Shown here piece after piece: positions 1 to 8,507 of a stretch of 53,317 bases of DNA. Both the position numbers and the translations under genes were made by a program. Positions within the stretch are counted from its first letter, which is position 1, and the number at the start of each line of letters is the position of its first letter. The notes below the pieces were generated by a model. The model searched no databases and was not told where the DNA came from. It worked only from the letters and a program-made list of their open reading frames with translations. The DNA comes from a virus. The stretch is taken from IMG/VR virus record IMGVR_UViG_3300029248_000010, positions 1-53,317 of that record; one strand, written 5' to 3'.

Positions 1-99
1 TCCTCGATGTCATCTGCGAGGCTTGCTTCGTTGAGCCTACTTATCAGCAGATCAAGGAGTCCGGCATTGAACTGACCGATGAGCAGCTCATGTTCATCT
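1..99. repeat. Terminal overlap, exact copy of 53219-53317 (circular closure of the contig)
   Basis: tcctcgatgtcatctgcgag...gagcagctcatgttcatct is present at both ends, 99/99 identical; an ORF crosses the junction in frame. Confidence 0.95.
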
Positions 100-206
100 T
101 CAACTACACTCAGAAGGGGGTTCAGGCGTTGGACTCCTTTCGTGTCCAGTCCAAGCATAGTGAACATCCTATCGATAGCTCAGCGGTACAGGAGACTTCC
201 ATCTGA
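1..206 (+). CDS. Tail assembly chaperone, C-terminal part (gene starts at 52984 and crosses the circular junction)
   Basis: Codons starting at position 3 continue ...LDVICEACFVEPTYQQIKESGIELTDEQLMFIFNYTQKGVQALDSFRVQSKHSEHPIDSSAVQETSI with TGA at 204-206; lies between major tail gene and tape measure gene. Confidence 0.8.
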   Translation, partial: LDVICEACFVEPTYQQIKESGIELTDEQLMFIFNYTQKGVQALDSFRVQSKHSEHPIDSSAVQETSI

Positions 207-351
207 GCTGCTGGGTATAACCGATACGTACACGGCCTATTGCTTTGATGAGGCCTGTGCGTTTATTGCAGGAAAGCTGGATGCTGGTGAGGAATTGACA
301 TTCAATAGGCAGTATTCCAGCTTTTCTGACTTGTATGCTCAATATGAATAA
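205..351 (+). CDS. Putative frameshift extension of the tail chaperone (gpT-like), in the +1/-2 frame relative to the chaperone ORF
   Basis: Frame of ORF 79-351 is open across the chaperone stop. Downstream part ELLGITDTYTAYCFDEACAFIAGKLDAGEELTFNRQYSSFSDLYAQYE uses normal codons. Upstream part of that frame is rich in rare AGG/CGG/ATA codons. No ATG/GTG/TTG start near 205. Confidence 0.45.
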   Translation, partial: ELLGITDTYTAYCFDEACAFIAGKLDAGEELTFNRQYSSFSDLYAQYE

Positions 352-365
352 CGGGAGGTGAGAAC

Positions 366-2624
366 ATGATTGATGTTGGCTCCGCTGTAGGATATTTACT
401 ACTTGATGCTTCTGGCTTTGAATCTGGGTTTAACAAGGCCATGAACTCAATGAAGACCTTCCAGGATGAGAGCTCTACCGTTGGTGACAAGTTTGGAGCC
501 ATGGGTAGCGCCATGACGTCCGTCGGAGCAAGTCTTACAAAATCTGTTACTCTACCCCTTGTTGGTATCGGTACAGCGGCAGTCAAGATGACGTCTGACT
601 TTGACTCGTCTATGGCTAAAGTTGCGGCTATCTCTGGTGCGACCGGAGATGACCTTGAGCAGCTCAGAGACAAGGCTAAGGAAATGGGTGCTCAGACCAA
701 GTTCTCAGCCTCTGAGTCTGCTGACGCCTTTACCTATATGGCAATGGCAGGTTGGAAAACCGAAGATATGCTCAACGGTATTGAGGGTATCATGAACCTC
801 GCTGCTGCGTCAGGTGAAGATCTGGCTCTCACGTCTGACATTGTCACGGATGCTCTTACAGCTTTCGGTCTTCAGGCAAAGGACTCTGCTCACTTCTCGG
901 ATGTACTGGCTGCTGCATCTAACAATGCAAACACCAATGTGTCTATGCTGGGTGAGTCTTTTAAGTATGTGGCTCCTGTGGCGGGTTCTCTTGGGTACAG
1001 CGTGGAAGACACGTCTGTTGCCCTTGGTCTCATGGCTAATAGTGGTATTAAGGCTTCTCAGGCTGGTACAGCGCTCAGAACCTTACTTACCAATATGGTT
1101 AATCCGACCGACAATATGGACTGGGCTATGAGAAGACTGAATGTTTCCCTTACTGATAACGAGGGTAACATGAAGTCTCTGAATGAGGTCATGGTTGACC
1201 TGAGAAAGGGCTTCAGTCAGCTCAGTCAAGCTGAACAGGCAGAGGTAGCAGCTAACCTTGCTGGCAAAGAAGGTATGTCTGGTCTGTTGGCTATCGTTAA
1301 CGCAAGCGAGGCCGACTTCAACAAGCTCACAAAGGCTATCAATACTGCTGATGGTACTGCTCAGGAAATGGCCGATACCATGCTGGATAACCTTGGCGGT
1401 CAGCTTACCATCCTTGGCTCTGCCTTGGAGGGTCTGGCAATTTCATTTGGTGAGATGCTCGTGCCTACTCTAACAGAAGGTGTACGCCATCTTACTGAAT
1501 TCGTTGATAGTCTCAACGCCATGGATGACGATACCAAACAGGCTATCCTCACGTTCGGTATGATCGTGGCTGCTATCGGACCAATGCTGCTTATCTTTGG
1601 TAAGTTGGCTTCTTCCATTTCGTCCATTATTGGTCTTATTGGAGGAGCCGGTGGTCTGTCTGCCATTATAGGACTACTTGCTGGTCCTCTTGGCATTGTG
1701 TTGGCTGCTGTTACAGCTCTCACGGCTGCGTGGGTTACTGACTTCGGCAACATTAGAGAGTACACGTCGGAGATCTTTGAAAGCATCGGCGAAATTATCT
1801 CTGCTGCACTTGATCTTATCACTATGTTGTGGGACAACAACTTCCTTGGTATCCAAACCATTGTGGAAAACGCCTGGAATGCTATCGAGACTGTATTTGA
1901 AAGTGCGTTAAGGATTATCTCTGACCTGTTTGCAGCCTTTGCAGCAGTTTTTTCCGGCGATTGGGAAAGTGCTTGGGAACACCTAAAAGACATTGGGGCT
2001 ACCATCTGGGACCTCATTAAGAAGTTCTTCTCAGAATTTCTCGATGGTCTTATAGATGCTCTAATCACAATAGCGGCTCAGCTCTGGGGAGCAGGTAAAC
2101 GGCTTTTCGAGGGCTTGCTGAATGTCTTTAAGGAAATCTGGAACAGCATTAAGAGTTGGTTTTCTCAGGCATCTAAGGATCCTGTCAATATCCTTAAAAA
2201 CCTTATCCCATCCATGTTACAGGCTGGTAAGGACATCTTTACTGCTCTGTGGAATGGCCTCAAATCCGTTTGGAGTAACATTACGTCCTGGGTTACTGAT
2301 GCTGTTAACTGGATTAAGGAAAAGGTCAATCTTTGGAACACTGAGTCCAGCAAGATGAGCTCCAGCCGTGGTGGTGGGTTTAGTGGTAACAGACAGGGAT
2401 CCTACGCAAGCGGTTTGGATTATGTCCCCAGAGACATGGATGTCAGAGTCCATGAGGGTGAAAGTATCTGGACCAAACAGGAAACCAACGAGCTCATCGA
2501 GGCTCTTAAGAATAAGGGCACTTCTGGTGATATCACAGTGGTCAGTCCCATCTATCTTGATGGTAAGAAGATTACTCAGGTGGTCACTAAGAGACAGCTT
2601 CAGGAAGCGAGGGCGAACGGATGA
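366..2624 (+). CDS. Tail tape measure protein (TP901-type core)
   Basis: 752 aa, longest late ORF, directly after chaperone pair; AMGAQTKFSASESADAFTYMAMAGW...LGESFKYVAPVAGSLGYS...GIKASQAGTALRT core motifs; central Gly/Ala/Ile-rich hydrophobic segments; RBS GGGAGGTGA. Confidence 0.92.
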   Translation: MIDVGSAVGYLLLDASGFESGFNKAMNSMKTFQDESSTVGDKFGAMGSAMTSVGASLTKSVTLPLVGIGTAAVKMTSDFDSSMAKVAAISGATGDDLEQLRDKAKEMGAQTKFSASESADAFTYMAMAGWKTEDMLNGIEGIMNLAAASGEDLALTSDIVTDALTAFGLQAKDSAHFSDVLAAASNNANTNVSMLGESFKYVAPVAGSLGYSVEDTSVALGLMANSGIKASQAGTALRTLLTNMVNPTDNMDWAMRRLNVSLTDNEGNMKSLNEVMVDLRKGFSQLSQAEQAEVAANLAGKEGMSGLLAIVNASEADFNKLTKAINTADGTAQEMADTMLDNLGGQLTILGSALEGLAISFGEMLVPTLTEGVRHLTEFVDSLNAMDDDTKQAILTFGMIVAAIGPMLLIFGKLASSISSIIGLIGGAGGLSAIIGLLAGPLGIVLAAVTALTAAWVTDFGNIREYTSEIFESIGEIISAALDLITMLWDNNFLGIQTIVENAWNAIETVFESALRIISDLFAAFAAVFSGDWESAWEHLKDIGATIWDLIKKFFSEFLDGLIDALITIAAQLWGAGKRLFEGLLNVFKEIWNSIKSWFSQASKDPVNILKNLIPSMLQAGKDIFTALWNGLKSVWSNITSWVTDAVNWIKEKVNLWNTESSKMSSSRGGGFSGNRQGSYASGLDYVPRDMDVRVHEGESIWTKQETNELIEALKNKGTSGDITVVSPIYLDGKKITQVVTKRQLQEARANG

Positions 2625-2977
2625 TCTTAAAGTTTGATGGTGTTGACGTTAGTAGCTGGTTTGATGAAGAGACTGTCCATGTGGACGCCAAACCAGTTAC
2701 TACAGCTCAGGTACAGACCCTTGACGGCGTTACTCATGACAGTGTTATTCGCTGGAAGAGTACTTGGTCTGCAAAGGTTTTACCTCTTACCAGAGAGCAA
2801 GCCATTTCCTTCAGCTCTATGCTTCGTAAGACTGTGATGGAAGTTACCTACGAGAGTCCTCATTATGGTGAGGTCATCCAGAGTATGAGGGTTAGCTATA
2901 TTCCATACGACACTGCACTCAAGTACAATGACTTGGAGTACTGGAATGGTGGCACTCTCTCCTTGGAAGAGAGGTAA
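2621..2977 (+). CDS. Putative short distal tail protein (Dit-like)
   Basis: 118 aa, ATGA overlap with tape measure stop, position immediately after TMP; only positional and weak pattern support. Confidence 0.4.
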   Translation: MILKFDGVDVSSWFDEETVHVDAKPVTTAQVQTLDGVTHDSVIRWKSTWSAKVLPLTREQAISFSSMLRKTVMEVTYESPHYGEVIQSMRVSYIPYDTALKYNDLEYWNGGTLSLEER

Positions 2978-2981
2978 GTAG

Positions 2982-3680
2982 ATGCATACAACAACTGAGC
3001 TATATAAGCAGCTACTCAGCAATTCTAACCATACCAAGGAGATCAAGCTGACGATTGCTGGTACAGACTACAACATGGGAGACATCGTCTCCCTGTCTGT
3101 ACCGAACAGTCTGTACAGCACTTTTGGCGTGGGTAACGCCGTAGCCGGACAGATCGACATGGAGATCTATCCTAAGGGATCTATTCCTCGTCAGGCTAAA
3201 ATTCAAGTCTTTGTAAGACTTGTACTTGGCACTCAGGTGAGTGAATGGATTCCCAAGGGTGTGTTCTTCTTCTCGACAAGAGAGACTGACCGGCTTACTG
3301 GAGTCATGACCGTGCATGGCTATGATGCAATGCTCAAGGCAGAAGAGGTCTGGCTTGACTCCACCTATGACACTCAGACGTGGCCTATGCCTGTGGTTGA
3401 TGCAGTTAATGATATTGCTGACCGCATGGGTGTAGTAGTCGACAGTCGTACCATACTGAACACAGCGTTCCCGGTACAGTACCCTGTGGACACGGCTGGT
3501 GACATGACCATGAGAGAAGTCCTTAAGAGGATCGCTGTTGCTAATGCTGGTAACTGGATCATCTCTGATGAGGGCAAGCTACTTCTGGTCAAGCTCAATT
3601 CCATGCCGGAGGAGACTTCTTACCTTATCAACCACATCGGGGAAGCAATCACTTTCGGTGGGGATAGGATTATTGTGTAA
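2982..3680 (+). CDS. Putative tail tip / baseplate hub protein, N-terminal part (Tal-like)
   Basis: 232 aa, second gene after TMP; followed 12 nt later by ORF 3692 that looks like the continuation of a tip protein. Confidence 0.4.
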   Translation: MHTTTELYKQLLSNSNHTKEIKLTIAGTDYNMGDIVSLSVPNSLYSTFGVGNAVAGQIDMEIYPKGSIPRQAKIQVFVRLVLGTQVSEWIPKGVFFFSTRETDRLTGVMTVHGYDAMLKAEEVWLDSTYDTQTWPMPVVDAVNDIADRMGVVVDSRTILNTAFPVQYPVDTAGDMTMREVLKRIAVANAGNWIISDEGKLLLVKLNSMPEETSYLINHIGEAITFGGDRIIV

Positions 3681-3691
3681 GGAGGTATAGA

Positions 3692-4780
3692 ATGGACAAA
3701 ATTTTCCTCGGGTCTATGGTAGAGACTTTACTTCCAGGTATTGAGTCTTTGCCTATCAACAAGGTTGAGATCCTTGATGATAACGGAGACATTCTTGCCG
3801 AAGCCTCCTCCAGCAGTATCTCTAATGGTAAGACCTTAACGGTGGTCAATCCTGATGGCACGACTGCTATGGCGGCCTACATCCTGTCTCAGACTGAGGG
3901 GTACGTGCAGCGCTCCTATGAAGGTAGAAATGCTCTCCTTGATCCAGCTGCTGAGCTGGGTGACGGTGTTACGGTCGGTGGTATTTATTCAGTCATTGCT
4001 GAGCAGACCTTACAGTTTGATAAGCTGTACAGAGCTGACATTTCCGCGCCGGACGCGGACGAGATCGACGACGAGTACCCTTACAAATCGCCGACGCAGC
4101 GGCAGATCGAGAGGAATTTTGCAAAGGCGCGCTCCCTCATTACCAAAACGAGCGAAGAGATCATGCTCAAGGTCGAGGGCATCGACGGCAAGTACACCGA
4201 GGTCAAGACCACGCTGGACGGGCTGACGGTGACGGACCAGAGTGGTACTACCAAAATCAAGGGCAGCAGCATCGAGACAAGCACGTTGTATGTTGACGCG
4301 GCCAACATCTCCGGCAAGCTCACGGCTAACCAGATTCAGGCGAGCAGCATTTCCGTGGGTGACTTAAAGGATGGATCGTCTTACGCGACCAAGACTTACG
4401 TCGACAGCAACGCGGGTCTGAGCGCGAACGAGGTCGACAATGCGATCGCAACGTACATTGACAGCACTTCTATCACGGCGCAGAAGCTACGCGGGCAGAC
4501 GGTGGAACTGCTGGCTAATAGCAATACGGCAGTCGGCTCGCTTGAGATCGCCTACACGACGACGGGCATCGGTCTCGGCATCAAAACGACGTATGGTGGC
4601 ATCCAAATTCAGGCGGCGGGCAACTTGTTCCTTTCGGCTGGCACGGGCGGCGCGATCACGCTGCAAAACAACCGCATCGTGCTCGCTGGCGCGCTGTGCC
4701 TCGGCGGTTCGAGCTATGGCCCTTCCGCGCCCTCTGGAACCGGTGCTGCGGGGCAGCTGTATGTGCAGTTGGTGAGCTAA
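3692..4780 (+). CDS. Tail tip/fibre protein, compositionally chimeric
   Basis: 362 aa; RBS GGAGGT. About the first 115 aa are AT-richer backbone-like sequence. From about nt 4040 the sequence is GC-rich with coiled-coil and Gly/Ala/Thr-rich fibre-like sequence. Confidence 0.55.
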   Translation: MDKIFLGSMVETLLPGIESLPINKVEILDDNGDILAEASSSSISNGKTLTVVNPDGTTAMAAYILSQTEGYVQRSYEGRNALLDPAAELGDGVTVGGIYSVIAEQTLQFDKLYRADISAPDADEIDDEYPYKSPTQRQIERNFAKARSLITKTSEEIMLKVEGIDGKYTEVKTTLDGLTVTDQSGTTKIKGSSIETSTLYVDAANISGKLTANQIQASSISVGDLKDGSSYATKTYVDSNAGLSANEVDNAIATYIDSTSITAQKLRGQTVELLANSNTAVGSLEIAYTTTGIGLGIKTTYGGIQIQAAGNLFLSAGTGGAITLQNNRIVLAGALCLGGSSYGPSAPSGTGAAGQLYVQLVS

Positions 4781-4781
4781 T

Positions 4782-5504
4782 ATGGCAACTTTAAGCGTAA
4801 CGATCACGCCGGACAGCAGAGACGGCACAAAAGCATATTTAACTGGCGAGTTCACAGGCGGCTCGGAAGATTACGATTACGCGAGACGGCTGCAAGTCAC
4901 GATACTTGGAGCCACCACCTATACAATTGATTCTAAGCAGACGAGCGGCGGCTATAACACGTGGGCGTTGGATATCACGGGACTTGAACCCGGCGTTACC
5001 TATGCGTGGTCGGCGGAGATGTATTACCGCACGACAGGCGGCTGGGCAAATAGCGGTTACAGAGACAACGGCACATTTACCACCGCGCCGCCACCGGCAA
5101 AAACGTATTACGCATACGTCACATTCAACGCCAACGGCGGCAGCGGCGTGCCGAGCACGCAGTACGGCAGCGAGACCAACAACACAGGGTATGTAAGGAT
5201 ATATCTACCGAGCACAACGCCGTCGCGGTCGGGCTATACATTTGCGGGCTGGTCGCTCAACTCGGATGGTTCCGGCACGGTGTATTCTCCGGGCGGCAGT
5301 ATCGTTTTATACAGCGGCATAACGAGTTCGCCCGGTCAGGGGTATACGCTCTACGCCGTTTGGGTAGAAGACACGACAGGGCGCGTGTGGCTCTCTCAGG
5401 GCGGTGCATTTGGGCAAGGAATCCTTTACTGCTCGGACGGTTCGAAATTTTACAAAGGCATTCCGTGGGTCGGTACAGGCTCAGGATGGAGAAGGGGTGT
5501 TTAG
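4782..5504 (+). CDS. Putative adhesion/receptor-binding protein with FN3-like N-domain and Listeria-Bacteroides (InlB B-repeat) type repeat
   Basis: 240 aa; LEPGVTYAWSAEMYY (FN3-like) and YVTFNANGGSGVPS...YTFAGWSLNSDGSGTVYSPGGSI...YTLYAVW repeat signature. Confidence 0.5.
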   Translation: MATLSVTITPDSRDGTKAYLTGEFTGGSEDYDYARRLQVTILGATTYTIDSKQTSGGYNTWALDITGLEPGVTYAWSAEMYYRTTGGWANSGYRDNGTFTTAPPPAKTYYAYVTFNANGGSGVPSTQYGSETNNTGYVRIYLPSTTPSRSGYTFAGWSLNSDGSGTVYSPGGSIVLYSGITSSPGQGYTLYAVWVEDTTGRVWLSQGGAFGQGILYCSDGSKFYKGIPWVGTGSGWRRGV

Positions 5505-5741
5505 ATGGAACAGGCAATGCAGTTACTTGATAGGGCGTTTGACACGCTCTCAACAGTGCTGATCGCCAGCTCTCAGGCGGGCAAAGTCAGCAGCGTGCAG
5601 ACAGATCTGCGGCAAGCTTATGCGATCTTGCAGCGCGAGGTCGCGGAGTACGAAAAGGACAAACGCGAGCTTGCCACGCTGAGAAATCAGGTCAAAGCGT
5701 CGGAGAATCCTGACGAAGAAAGCGAGGTAACCGATGGCTGA
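5505..5741 (+). CDS. Hypothetical coiled-coil protein
   Basis: 78 aa, tightly packed between fibre genes, overlaps next start by 8 nt. Confidence 0.45.
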   Translation: MEQAMQLLDRAFDTLSTVLIASSQAGKVSSVQTDLRQAYAILQREVAEYEKDKRELATLRNQVKASENPDEESEVTDG

Positions 5742-7395
5742 TAAAGCAATTACCGACCTCACCCAAGCATTACAGATCACGGGCGAAGACCTTTTCGTCT
5801 TGCAGCAGGGTGGCACAGCGAAAAAGCTGAAAGGCTCGCAGGTCGTGCAGTATGCCAAAGATTCTGTTGCGGCAGAGGTGCAGGGCGTAAAGGAATATGC
5901 CGACAACGCCAAGGCATCGGCTGATGCTGCGGCGAAGGACGCAACCAGAGCAGAGACCGCTGCACAGGGCATCGACGACAAGGTTGCTGCGGCGGATGCT
6001 TCCGCAAAGGCGGCGGCATCTTCTGCGGCTGCTGCCGCTGCATCTGCGACCGGCGTTGACGAGAAGGTGCAGGCCGCGCAGACGGCGGCAACCAATGCGG
6101 CAAAGTCGGAGACGGCGGCAAAGGATGCACAGACCGCTGCGGCCAACGCGCAGAAAGCGGCGGAGAGCGCGCAGGCCGGAGCGCAGAACGCTAAAACGGC
6201 GGCAGAATCGGCACGGGAAGCCGCTGAGAGCGCAAAGGACGCGGCGGCGGGTAGTTCGACCTCTGCTGGGCAGAAAGCGGCACAGGCCGCTCAGAGCGCC
6301 GAGGACGCGGCATCTGCCAAGTCTGCGGCGGAGACGGCAAAGACCGACGCACAGGCGGCACGCGACGCCATCGTCAACATGATCGTCGAGGCGGTGACGC
6401 TTGAGACGGGCAAGCCCGCCACGGTGACGAAGTCCCTTGTGGACAACGTCTATAAGCTCGTCTTCGGCTTGCCGCGCGGCAACACTGGCGCTCCCGGCCC
6501 GCGGGGTGCAACCGGCAACGGCATTTCCGGCATCGAGCTCAAGAGCGGCACACACGCCCCCGGCACAAGCGATGTCTATACCATCACCCTGACGGACGGC
6601 ACAACGTTTGACTTCGAGGTCTATAACGGGGCGAACGGTCAAGGTGCTGGCGATATGCTCGCAAGCGTCTACGACCCGCGGGGCAAGCGGACGGATGTGT
6701 ACAAGTACGTTGATGACGCTATTGGTAAAATCCCTACGCCGGACGTATCCGTGCAAATCAAGGCGCACAACGAGGACAAGACAGCGCACCCCGACATCCG
6801 CGCCAAAATCCCCACAAAGACCTCTCAACTCACCAACGACAGCGGCTATCTGACACAGCATCAGGACATTTCCGGCAAGCTGGACAAGACCGGCGACGGC
6901 AGTAACGTCACGGTGGCGTTCACGGCGGCGACCGCCCGCGCAAACATCGCTACGGGCGAAAAGCTCTCCGTGCTGTTTGGCAAAATCGCCAAGTGGTTTG
7001 CCGATTTGGGCGCGCTGGCCTTTAAGTCTACGGTTGCTAAGAGCGACCTTGCGCAGGACGTGCAAACGTCCCTCGGCAAGGCAGACAGTGCATTGCAGAG
7101 CGTCAGCAAAAGTGACGTTGGTCTTTCCGACGTTGCAAACGAGCGGCAGTATTCCCTCGACAACCCGCCGCCGTACCCCGTGACGAGCGTCAACGGCAAG
7201 ACGGGCGCGGTAAATGTTCCGTCCGTGAACGTGCCGAGCACCACCTCCCTCCTCAAGGGCAACGGCTCGGGCGGCATCGTGGCAGCGACGCGCGGCAGCG
7301 ACTACATCGCGAGCGGCAACATTACCAAGCAGACACTCGTGAACGTTGAGACAGACCCGACCGAGAACTACGCCATCAACTGGCTGTACGGCTAA
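5734..7395 (+). CDS. Tail fibre protein (Ala-rich coiled coil plus short collagen-like Gly-X-Y run)
   Basis: 553 aa; about 170 aa of A/K/E/Q/T heptad-like sequence (AKASADAAAKDATRAETAAQG...), then PRGNTGAPGPRGATGNG, then beta-rich C-terminus. Confidence 0.65.
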   Translation: MADKAITDLTQALQITGEDLFVLQQGGTAKKLKGSQVVQYAKDSVAAEVQGVKEYADNAKASADAAAKDATRAETAAQGIDDKVAAADASAKAAASSAAAAAASATGVDEKVQAAQTAATNAAKSETAAKDAQTAAANAQKAAESAQAGAQNAKTAAESAREAAESAKDAAAGSSTSAGQKAAQAAQSAEDAASAKSAAETAKTDAQAARDAIVNMIVEAVTLETGKPATVTKSLVDNVYKLVFGLPRGNTGAPGPRGATGNGISGIELKSGTHAPGTSDVYTITLTDGTTFDFEVYNGANGQGAGDMLASVYDPRGKRTDVYKYVDDAIGKIPTPDVSVQIKAHNEDKTAHPDIRAKIPTKTSQLTNDSGYLTQHQDISGKLDKTGDGSNVTVAFTAATARANIATGEKLSVLFGKIAKWFADLGALAFKSTVAKSDLAQDVQTSLGKADSALQSVSKSDVGLSDVANERQYSLDNPPPYPVTSVNGKTGAVNVPSVNVPSTTSLLKGNGSGGIVAATRGSDYIASGNITKQTLVNVETDPTENYAINWLYG

Positions 7396-7406
7396 GGAGG
7401 GGCAGC

Positions 7407-8495
7407 ATGGCGAACAAAGCGATCAGCACACTGGCGGTCGGCTCGTCCGTGTACCTCAACGTCGGCGGTGTGCGGAAGGAATTCCTCGTGGTGCATCAGG
7501 GCAAGCCGAGCAGCTTGTATGACGCAAGCTGCGACGGAACGTGGCTGCTGATGAAGGATTGCTATGAGATGAGACAGTGGAATAGTAATTCTGAGTTATT
7601 GTACGAAAACAGCTCTATTCACTCCTATTTAAGCAGCACGTTCCTGAATCTGTTTGACGCCAACATCCGTGATGCGATCAAACAGGTGAAGATTCCATAT
7701 CTCAAAGGTGGAAAAGGCGGAAGCGTGCAGAGCGGCGCAAACGGTCTGTCCTGCAAAGTGTTTCTTCTTAGCGGTTATGAACTCAACTTTGAAAATATAT
7801 TTCCGGCGGATGGTGCGGGTTTAGACGGATTCGCAGAGAGTATTACCAATAACTCTGCCTACCTTGCCACTTATAACGGAACCCTCACCAAGTGGTGGCT
7901 CCGATCCATAAGCATTTTGCAATATGTGGATGCGGCCGGATTGGTAAGCGGATATTCCTACGATAGTGATTCCGTAACAAAGAGTTACGGAATCCGCCCC
8001 TGCATCATCCTCCCCTCCAATACCCTCGTGGACGACAGCGGCAACGTTGTCACCATCAACCTCACCGCACACAAGACCCTCATCAACGGCACGGCCTACA
8101 CCGTCAAGGGCGGGAAGTGCCTCGTCAATGGTACTGTGTACAGCATCAAAAAGGGCAGGACGCTTATCGGCGGGACGGGATATGACATCAACTTTGAGCC
8201 GGATGTGAGCTTGACGTGGTACTTCAATCAGACACTTTCAATCCCTGTTTCTACTACGTCAACCACGTTTAGCACACGCGCACACTACGAAGGAGGCTCC
8301 AAAACAATTACAGGAATCCAAATAATAAACAGGGGGGACAATCCCAACATGTCATATTTGGGAAGCGGTTTTGCCTTCACTGCATGGGACCAGCGTCGCG
8401 GGTGGCGCGACACAGCATACCGCACCATTACTTTCGACGAAGCCCCCTCGGGCGATCTTCTGGCGTGGCTGCAAGAGAACGCCACGCCGCAATAG
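7407..8495 (+). CDS. Putative host-recognition protein, DUF6273-like domain plus short beta repeats
   Basis: 362 aa; RBS AAGGAGG; WWLRS and GIRPCIILP motifs recalled from DUF6273-type proteins; NGTAYTVKGGK / NGTVYSIKKGR / GGTGYDINF repeats. Confidence 0.4.
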   Translation: MANKAISTLAVGSSVYLNVGGVRKEFLVVHQGKPSSLYDASCDGTWLLMKDCYEMRQWNSNSELLYENSSIHSYLSSTFLNLFDANIRDAIKQVKIPYLKGGKGGSVQSGANGLSCKVFLLSGYELNFENIFPADGAGLDGFAESITNNSAYLATYNGTLTKWWLRSISILQYVDAAGLVSGYSYDSDSVTKSYGIRPCIILPSNTLVDDSGNVVTINLTAHKTLINGTAYTVKGGKCLVNGTVYSIKKGRTLIGGTGYDINFEPDVSLTWYFNQTLSIPVSTTSTTFSTRAHYEGGSKTITGIQIINRGDNPNMSYLGSGFAFTAWDQRRGWRDTAYRTITFDEAPSGDLLAWLQENATPQ

Positions 8496-8507
8496 AAAGG
8501 AGCACAC

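Noticed and set aside
116-120. GGGGG run as the chaperone frameshift site
   Set aside because: A +1 slip here would enter the right frame, but the next about 28 codons in that frame are rich in rare AGG/CGG/ATA/CTA codons, while the zero frame uses normal codons up to its stop. A -1 slip hits a TAG within 14 codons.
5550-7065. Long - strand ORFs (198 aa, 431 aa, 117 aa) and the + strand 161-aa Arg-rich ORF
   Set aside because: These are frame shadows of the GC-rich, Ala-rich tail fibre gene 5734-7395. They have low-complexity R/C/L or A-rich products and no start context.
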